DNA of 64,000 nt from Thermoplasmata archaeon (GTDB lineage Archaea; Thermoplasmatota; SW-10-69-26; JACQPN01; JAJPHT01). Shown here one piece after another: positions 29,201 to 34,735 of this stretch (its first letter is position 1; each line of letters opens with the position of its first letter). The stretch covers positions 1 through 64,000 of the forward strand of contig JAXDQU010000054.1 of NCBI GenBank assembly GCA_034667685.1, given 5' to 3'. A program made the position numbers and the translations under genes. The notes below the pieces were generated by a model, which saw only the letters and a program-made list of their open reading frames with translations, did no database searches and had not been told where the DNA came from.

Positions 29201-29517
29201 ATCGCGGCCTTGTCGTCGGCGGAGAGCGGCGACTCGGGGAGGAGCCAGAGCTGCGCGTCGAGGATGACGCCCGCGGCGCCGGCCTCCGCGACGGCCTTGA
29301 GCGTCGCGCGGTCGAGTCCGCCCTGGGCCAGCGGTTGCTGCCCCAGGGACACCAGCCGCTTGACCTCGGCGAGCGTCTGCGCGGACGTCTGTCCGCGCGC
29401 GACGGGGTGGCCGTCCACGACGGCGTCGTCCGCGAACATGAGCGGCAGGCCACCGGCGGCTGCCACCTTGACGGCGAAGTCCGGGTTCCCGTTCGGCGTG
29501 ACGACGTAGAGCTTCAT
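20299..29517 (-). CDS. 3072-aa type I PKS / PUFA-synthase(PfaA)-like megasynthase: ER-like stub-ACP-KS-AT-KS-ACP-ACP-KR-DH-PPTase
   Basis: KS1 [35 protein letters not shown]; KS2 [22 protein letters not shown]; 3x [35 protein letters not shown]; PPTase SH/[11 protein letters not shown]. Confidence 0.95.
   Translation of the reverse strand: [3072 protein letters not shown]
20305..20960 (-). other. C-terminal Sfp-type 4'-phosphopantetheinyl transferase domain (approximate bounds)
   Basis: [43 protein letters not shown]. Confidence 0.88.
21020..21720 (-). other. PKS dehydratase domain (approximate bounds)
   Basis: [29 protein letters not shown]. Confidence 0.75.
21800..23060 (-). other. Ketoreductase, structural and catalytic subdomains (approximate bounds)
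   Basis: [42 protein letters not shown]. Confidence 0.88.
23165..23765 (-). other. Tandem ACP2 and ACP3 (Thr-type)
   Basis: [31 protein letters not shown] twice, joined by a Pro/Ala linker. Confidence 0.88.
23970..25510 (-). other. Second, divergent ketosynthase domain (approximate bounds)
   Basis: VVVSG start; [37 protein letters not shown]. Confidence 0.8.
25730..26720 (-). other. Acyltransferase domain (approximate bounds)
   Basis: [33 protein letters not shown]. Confidence 0.92.
27100..28450 (-). other. First ketosynthase domain (approximate bounds)
   Basis: AIIGVG start; [33 protein letters not shown]. Confidence 0.93.
28640..28870 (-). other. N-terminal ACP1 (Thr-type) between duplicated [12 protein letters not shown] linkers
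   Basis: [31 protein letters not shown]. Confidence 0.88.
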
Positions 29518-29521
29518 GATA

Positions 29522-30343
29522 TCACTGGGGCCCTTCGTAGGGGTTGAGACGAGGCTCGATGAGCAGGCGGTCCATCTCGGGCGGCGCGCCGACGCTGACG
29601 TAGCCCGCGTCGACGTAGATCGTCTGTCCCGTGATGCCGCCGCTGTCGGGCGTGAGGAGGAACCGCGCGGCCTTCGCGACGTCGACCTGCGTGACGTTGC
29701 GGCGCAGCGGCGTGTTGTTCGCCATCCAGTCGAGGATCTGGTCGAAGCCGGGCACGCCGGAGGCGGCGAGCGTCTTGATCGGGCCCGCGCTGATGGCGTT
29801 GACGCGGATGCCGTAGCCGGGGCCGACGCTCGCGGCCAGCTCGCGCACGAGCGACTCGATGGCAGCCTTCGCGGTGCCCTGCACGCGGTAGCCCGGGACG
29901 ACGCGCTGGCCGCCCAGGTACGTGAGGGCGACGATGCCCGCGTCGCGGTTGAGCAGCGGCAGGCCGTTGCGCACGACGCGGACGAGGCTGTACGCGCTGA
30001 TGGTGAGCGTGGTGTTGAAGTCGGCCTCGGTGGTCTCCGTGATCGGCTTCATGAGCGCCTCGGCGGGCGTGAAGGCGATGGCGTGGACGAGGCCGTCGTA
30101 CTTGCCGTGGAGCTTGGCGTGGAACGCCTTGACCGAGTCCTCGGAGGAGACGTCGCACTCCTCCATCTGGTCGATCCACTTCTGGTCCTTCGCAAGCTGG
30201 AGGACGCGGCTCATGAACCGCTTCTGGTAGGCGAGCGTGACGGTCGCGCCGCGGCCCGCAAGCTCCTGTGCGATGGCCCAGGCGATGCTGGTGTCGCTGG
30301 CGACGCCGTACACGAGGAAACGCTTGCCTTGGAGGTCGTTCAT
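29522..30343 (-). CDS. fabI: Enoyl-ACP reductase (FabI-type SDR)
   Basis: GVASDTSIAWAIA, LTYLG, PGYRVQGTAK (Yx6K), RVNAISAGPIKTLAASG, ITGQTIYVDAG. Confidence 0.92.
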   Translation of the reverse strand: MNDLQGKRFLVYGVASDTSIAWAIAQELAGRGATVTLAYQKRFMSRVLQLAKDQKWIDQMEECDVSSEDSVKAFHAKLHGKYDGLVHAIAFTPAEALMKPITETTEADFNTTLTISAYSLVRVVRNGLPLLNRDAGIVALTYLGGQRVVPGYRVQGTAKAAIESLVRELAASVGPGYGIRVNAISAGPIKTLAASGVPGFDQILDWMANNTPLRRNVTQVDVAKAARFLLTPDSGGITGQTIYVDAGYVSVGAPPEMDRLLIEPRLNPYEGPQ

Positions 30344-30391
30344 CGGGCTCTCGTTCTCCTATCTTGTCTCGGGGGTTTGAAGGGGCGGGGT

Positions 30392-30495
30392 GCTCCGCAT
30401 GCGACGACGCGACGAGCGCGATGCCCGCGACGTTCCGAAAGGAGTCGTCGCGGGCGTCGCGTCCGTCGCCGCATCGCATGCGGAGCCGCGAAGCG
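30392..30495. repeat. Intergenic long hairpin element
   Basis: GCTCCGCATGCGA (30392-30404) pairs with 30474-30486; inner stem GCCCGCGACG/CGTCGCGGGC. Confidence 0.8.
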
Positions 30496-30496
30496 C

Positions 30497-32089
30497 TCAG
30501 AGGGGGATGTTTCCATGTTTGCGGGGCGGCCGCTCCACGTGCTTGGACGCGAGGCGGGCCAGGTGCGCCGACACGTGGGCGCGCGTCGTCGCGGGGTCGA
30601 TGATGTCGTCCACGAAGCCCAGCTCGGCGGCGAACATCGGGTTGCCGAAGCGGTCGCGGTAGCCGGCCTCCAGCTCCTTGCGGAAGTCCTCGTCCGCATT
30701 CTTCAGCTCGCGGCGGTGCAGGATCTGGACCGCGCCCTGCGCGCCCAGCACGGCGATCTCCGCCTGCGGCCACGCGAGGTTGACGTCGCTGCGCAGGTGC
30801 TTGCTGCACATGACGATGTACGCGCCGCCGTAGGCCTTGCGCGTGACGACGGTGATCTTGGGGACCGTGGCCTCGCAGTAGGCGTAGAGGAGCTTCGCGC
30901 CGTGGCGGATGATGCCGCCGTGCTCCTGCTCGCGGCCCGGGAGGAAGCCCGGCACGTCCACGAGGCTGAGGAGCGGGACGTTGAACGCGTCGCAGAAGCG
31001 CACGAAGCGCGCGGCCTTCTCGGAGGCCTGCACGTCGAGGACGCCGGCGAGGACCTTGGGCTGGTTGGCGACGATGCCCACGACGCGCCCTTCGACGCGG
31101 CCGAAGCCGACGACGACGTTGCGCGCCATCGCGGCGTGGATCTCGAAGAACGAGTCGCGGTCCAGGATGCCGGCCATCACGTCGCGCATGTCGTAGGGCT
31201 GCGACGAGTCGGGCGGGACGACGGTGCGGAGCGCCTCGGGGTCCTGCGCGGGGATCGGCTCGTAGCGCGGCGGGTGCTCGAGGTGGTTCTGCGGCAGGTA
31301 GGAGAGGAGCGCGCGGATCTTGTCGAGCGTCTCCTCGTCCGTCTCGCCCGTGAGGTGGCAGACGCCCGAGTCGTTGGCGTGCACGTCCGCGCCGCCCAGG
31401 TCCACGTGGGTCGTCTCCTCGCCCAGGACCGTCTTCACGACGTCCGGGCCGGTGAGGTACATGTAGCTCGTCTTGCGCGTCATCAGGACGAAGTCCGTGA
31501 GCGCGGGGCCGTAGACCGCGCCGCCGGCGCAGGGCCCGAGGATGCCGGCGACCTGCGGGATGACGCCCGATGCGTCCACGTGCCGCTGGAAGATGTCGCC
31601 GTAGCCGCCCAGCGCCGCCACGCCTTCCTGGATGCGGGCGCCGCCACTGTCATTGAGCGCGACGAGGGGCACGCCGGTGGCGATGGCTTGCTCCATGATC
31701 TTGCAGATCTTGCGCGCCTGGGCGGACCCCAGCGAGCCGCCGGACACGGTGAAGTCCTGCGCGTAGATGCACACGGAGCGGCCGTGGATCTTGCCGTAGC
31801 CGGTGACGACGCCGTCGCCCGGGTGCGTGTCCTGCGGCAGGCCGCGGGAGAGCCCCTGGTGGACGGCGAAGGAGTCCGTCTCCATGAAGGAGCCCGGGTC
31901 CAGAAGATAGGCGATGCGCTCACGCGCCGTCATCTTCCCCTTGGCGTGCTGGGCCGCGATCTTCTCGGGGCCTCCGCCCTCCCGGCTGCGCTGGCGCGCG
32001 AGCTCGATGGGGTCCAGGGTCACGCGCCCGGCGTTGGGCGAGACGCGGACGATGGCGGGCTTCTGCGGCGCGGCCGTGGGGACGGTCAT
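30497..32089 (-). CDS. Acyl-CoA carboxylase carboxyltransferase subunit (PccB/AccD-like)
   Basis: QHAKGKMTARER, DSGGARIQEG, GPCAGGAVY, DVPGFLPG, RKAYGGAY, RKHGNIPL. Confidence 0.95.
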   Translation of the reverse strand: MTVPTAAPQKPAIVRVSPNAGRVTLDPIELARQRSREGGGPEKIAAQHAKGKMTARERIAYLLDPGSFMETDSFAVHQGLSRGLPQDTHPGDGVVTGYGKIHGRSVCIYAQDFTVSGGSLGSAQARKICKIMEQAIATGVPLVALNDSGGARIQEGVAALGGYGDIFQRHVDASGVIPQVAGILGPCAGGAVYGPALTDFVLMTRKTSYMYLTGPDVVKTVLGEETTHVDLGGADVHANDSGVCHLTGETDEETLDKIRALLSYLPQNHLEHPPRYEPIPAQDPEALRTVVPPDSSQPYDMRDVMAGILDRDSFFEIHAAMARNVVVGFGRVEGRVVGIVANQPKVLAGVLDVQASEKAARFVRFCDAFNVPLLSLVDVPGFLPGREQEHGGIIRHGAKLLYAYCEATVPKITVVTRKAYGGAYIVMCSKHLRSDVNLAWPQAEIAVLGAQGAVQILHRRELKNADEDFRKELEAGYRDRFGNPMFAAELGFVDDIIDPATTRAHVSAHLARLASKHVERPPRKHGNIPL

Positions 32090-32120
32090 CGAGGCACCCC
32101 GCGCGGCGAGGCCGGGCTTC

Positions 32121-32137
32121 GGGTAAATGCCTTTTCG
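32121..32137 (-). promoter_or_regulatory. Putative archaeal BRE/TATA promoter of the carboxyltransferase-fabI-PKS cluster
   Basis: Minus strand CGAAAAGGCATTTACCC about 35 nt upstream of ATG 32089. Confidence 0.5.
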
Positions 32138-32250
32138 TCGTGACAAGGAGTGAAAACGAGTGAAGACCACAAGCGAAATCGGCGCACGCCGGAGAGGGGC
32201 ACGGCGGCTTGGTGGGGGGCTGTGGGAGATACAGCCGCGCGGACGGGGCT

Positions 32251-32321
32251 CTGGGCTCAGGACTCCGGGCTCGGGGCTCTCCGGGTGCAGGGCAAGCGGA
32301 AGCCCCGAGTCCTGAGCCCAG
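32251..32321. repeat. Intergenic inverted repeat with 7-nt periodicity
   Basis: CTGGGCTCAGGACTCCGGGCT (32251-32271) versus 32301-32321, 1 mismatch. Confidence 0.8.
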
Positions 32322-32381
32322 GCTGAGCGCAAGTTGATAGAAGAAAAGAAGGCCGCGCGCAGGCGGCCCCGGAGGGTGGCC

Positions 32382-33209
32382 TTACCAGGCCAGGTTCTCG
32401 GCGCGGATGCCCTGCGAGGTGAACGCCTCGGGGAGCACGCCCTCGTTGGCCCACTTGTAGAGGCCCGCGACGAGGATGCCGTCGACCGCGCTGTTGACTG
32501 CGGCCAGGACGACCCAGTAGGCGACCGCGACGGCGAAGAAGACGATGGCGACCGCCACGAGGCCGGCGCTGAAGAGGCTCGCGCCGATCAGGATGGGGAT
32601 CAGGCCCAAGAGGCCGAGGCCCATGAAGATGATCCCCGTGGTGGCGACGCCGGTGAGCGACTCGCCCCAGCTCTTCTTCATGATGCCCATGCTGCCCTTG
32701 ATCGCGTCGAAGGGCCCGACGTCCTGGTAGACGAGGACGGGCACGACGAAGAACACCGCGACGTTCCAGCCGAACTCCAGGAAGGAGACGAGGATGCGCG
32801 CGATGATGTTGTCCTTCGCCTGGTCGCGCAGCATCTGGAGGATGAGGCCGACCGTGGCCGCGATGACCGCCCACTGGAGGATGCGGCCGATGCGGCTCCA
32901 GGACTTGCGCAGGCCGTCCTTGAGCGTCGGGTCGCCGCCGTTGAAGCGGATCGTCGCCATCTCGACAGTGGCGGCGTTGAAGAAGATCACCGTCGCGTAC
33001 ATCGCGACGTAGAAGGCGAACAGGATGAGGTAGCCAACGATGCCCATCTGGCCGACGTCCACGGCGAACACGAAGCCGAGGGCGACGCCGAGGATCAGCA
33101 GGTTGACGACGGCCGCGAGGAGCGGGAGGGCGATGATCTCCTTGTCAAGGCTGAGGACCTTGAAGGAGGCCTTCGTAAGGCTCCAGCCGCGGGCGATGCG
33201 TTCGAACAT
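32382..33209 (-). CDS. Multi-pass membrane protein (DUF6159-like)
   Basis: RGWSLTKASFKVL..DKE, FFNAA, AIKGS..KKSWGE; about 6 TM. Confidence 0.8.
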   Translation of the reverse strand: MFERIARGWSLTKASFKVLSLDKEIIALPLLAAVVNLLILGVALGFVFAVDVGQMGIVGYLILFAFYVAMYATVIFFNAATVEMATIRFNGGDPTLKDGLRKSWSRIGRILQWAVIAATVGLILQMLRDQAKDNIIARILVSFLEFGWNVAVFFVVPVLVYQDVGPFDAIKGSMGIMKKSWGESLTGVATTGIIFMGLGLLGLIPILIGASLFSAGLVAVAIVFFAVAVAYWVVLAAVNSAVDGILVAGLYKWANEGVLPEAFTSQGIRAENLAW

Positions 33210-33524
33210 GAGGATGTGACACCTCTCAGAGGCGGCGATTCCGGGCCCGCTGATATAATCCTAGCGTGCAACCGCGCGCCCGTCGCTGTGCCGACGTCCC
33301 GAGCCCTCAGCCGGCATATCCCCAATGCTTGGCCGTCTGGTCGTCCCACGGGACGTTCTCGGGCCAGCCCTGCTTGAGGAGCGTGTCGAGCTTCGGGCGT
33401 CCGGTCGCGCAGCGCATGCGGGGCACTATCGCTTCGGAAGTCTTGACTCGTCGCTCCTACGTCGGGAAGCGCTGAGCCCTCCGAAGATCACGCGTGGGCG
33501 GATGGGCGCGCTCCGCGCGAGAGC

Positions 33525-33591
33525 ATCCCGAATCACGAAGACCCGAATCACGGCGGGAAAAGACGTGATTCGGGTCTTCGTGATTCGGGAT
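33525..33591. repeat. Perfect 28-bp intergenic inverted repeat
   Basis: ATCCCGAATCACGAAGACCCGAATCACG (33525-33552) pairs with 33564-33591, 11-nt loop; each arm holds CCCGAATCACG twice. Confidence 0.9.
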
Positions 33592-33638
33592 ACCTCCGCC
33601 GGAGGCGGCGCAGGCCGCCATGACGATGCGCCGAACTG

Positions 33639-34526
33639 TCAGCCCACGCGCATGAAGCGCCCGTCCTGCCGCGCCATCGCGAAGTCCTTCTCCAGGAGAC
33701 GCGCGAGGTGCTTCTCCACCATGACGCGCTCGTGGTAGCGCGCGAGCGGCGTCGTGGGCTTGCCCATGCAGATGCCCAGGTCCGCCAGCTCGTCGAGACT
33801 GCGCGGGTGCTCCAGCGCGGCCAGCACGCGCCGGTCGCGCTCGCGGATCGCCTCGGCCATCCCGCGGAAGAGCGGCTTGATGCCGCGCTTGCGGGGCTCG
33901 GCGTGGCTCGAGACGAGGATCGCCACCGGCACGTCGGCCAGCATGCTCGCGGTGCGCTCCAGGTCGGAGGGATCGCTGGCCGGGTAGCCGTACCAGGGCT
34001 GGTCGTCGGCGCCGACGTCGGCCGCGAAGAGGATGTGGCGCTCCGCGTCGAGGAGCGCGATCATGCCGGCGCTGTGGCCCGGCGCGTGGAGGAGCTGCCA
34101 CTCGCTCTTGTCGAGCTTGATGAGGCCGCCGGGGCGAAGCTCGCGCGCGACGTGCGCGGCCTCGTAGCCCCCCTTGCGGATGGCGCTCGCCACCGTGTCA
34201 CGGTCGCGGCGGCTCACCTCGTAGGTCTGCAGGTAGTCCTCGGGCCCGAGCATCGCGCGCGCCTCGGCCTTCGGCGCCCACACCTCGCGGAAGTCTCGCG
34301 CGCCGTGGCTGTGGGCGACGTGGCAGTGGGTGAGCACGCAGAGGTCGACGTGCGGCGCGAGCTTGCGGCGCAGCGCCGGGGGCAGGCCCGCGTCCACGAG
34401 CACGACCTCGTTCCCTTCGTCGAGGACGAGGGCGTTCGCGCCCGCGTGGTCAGGCGGGCAGGCGACCAGCCCGACGCCCGGCGCGACCCACGCAAGGGTC
34501 TTGGCGAGGTCGGGCGGAAGCGGCAC
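33639..34526 (-). CDS. MBL-fold protein with C-terminal wHTH-like domain
   Basis: LVDAG, THCHVAH, APGHSAG, LFAAD, SSH; start uncertain. Confidence 0.78.
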   Translation of the reverse strand: MPLPPDLAKTLAWVAPGVGLVACPPDHAGANALVLDEGNEVVLVDAGLPPALRRKLAPHVDLCVLTHCHVAHSHGARDFREVWAPKAEARAMLGPEDYLQTYEVSRRDRDTVASAIRKGGYEAAHVARELRPGGLIKLDKSEWQLLHAPGHSAGMIALLDAERHILFAADVGADDQPWYGYPASDPSDLERTASMLADVPVAILVSSHAEPRKRGIKPLFRGMAEAIRERDRRVLAALEHPRSLDELADLGICMGKPTTPLARYHERVMVEKHLARLLEKDFAMARQDGRFMRVG

Positions 34527-34565
34527 GCGCCGCGCAGCCGCACCCCCCGGCAAAAACCATCTTCT

Positions 34566-34661
34566 TCAGCCCGCGTGGGCCAGGAGCTTGACGACGTCGA
34601 GGGTGCAGAGGTGGACGGCGTCCTTGGGGCGCGCCATGCCGCACAGGCAGCAGAAGTCCAT
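34566..34661 (-). CDS. Possible 31-aa Zn-binding microprotein
   Basis: MDFCCLCGMARPKDAVHLCTLDVVKLLAHAG; GC3-typical codons. Confidence 0.4.
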   Translation of the reverse strand: MDFCCLCGMARPKDAVHLCTLDVVKLLAHAG

Positions 34662-34735
34662 GCTGGTCTGTCCCCCGCGCGGGGTAAGTACGGCCCGCGC
34701 CCACCCCCGGTGGTTCTCGACGAACGGCGAACGCC

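Noticed and set aside
33262-33417. Short minus-strand ORF containing KLDTLLKQGWPENVPWDDQTAKHWDMP
   Set aside because: Looks partly coding but has no recognisable motif; insufficient support
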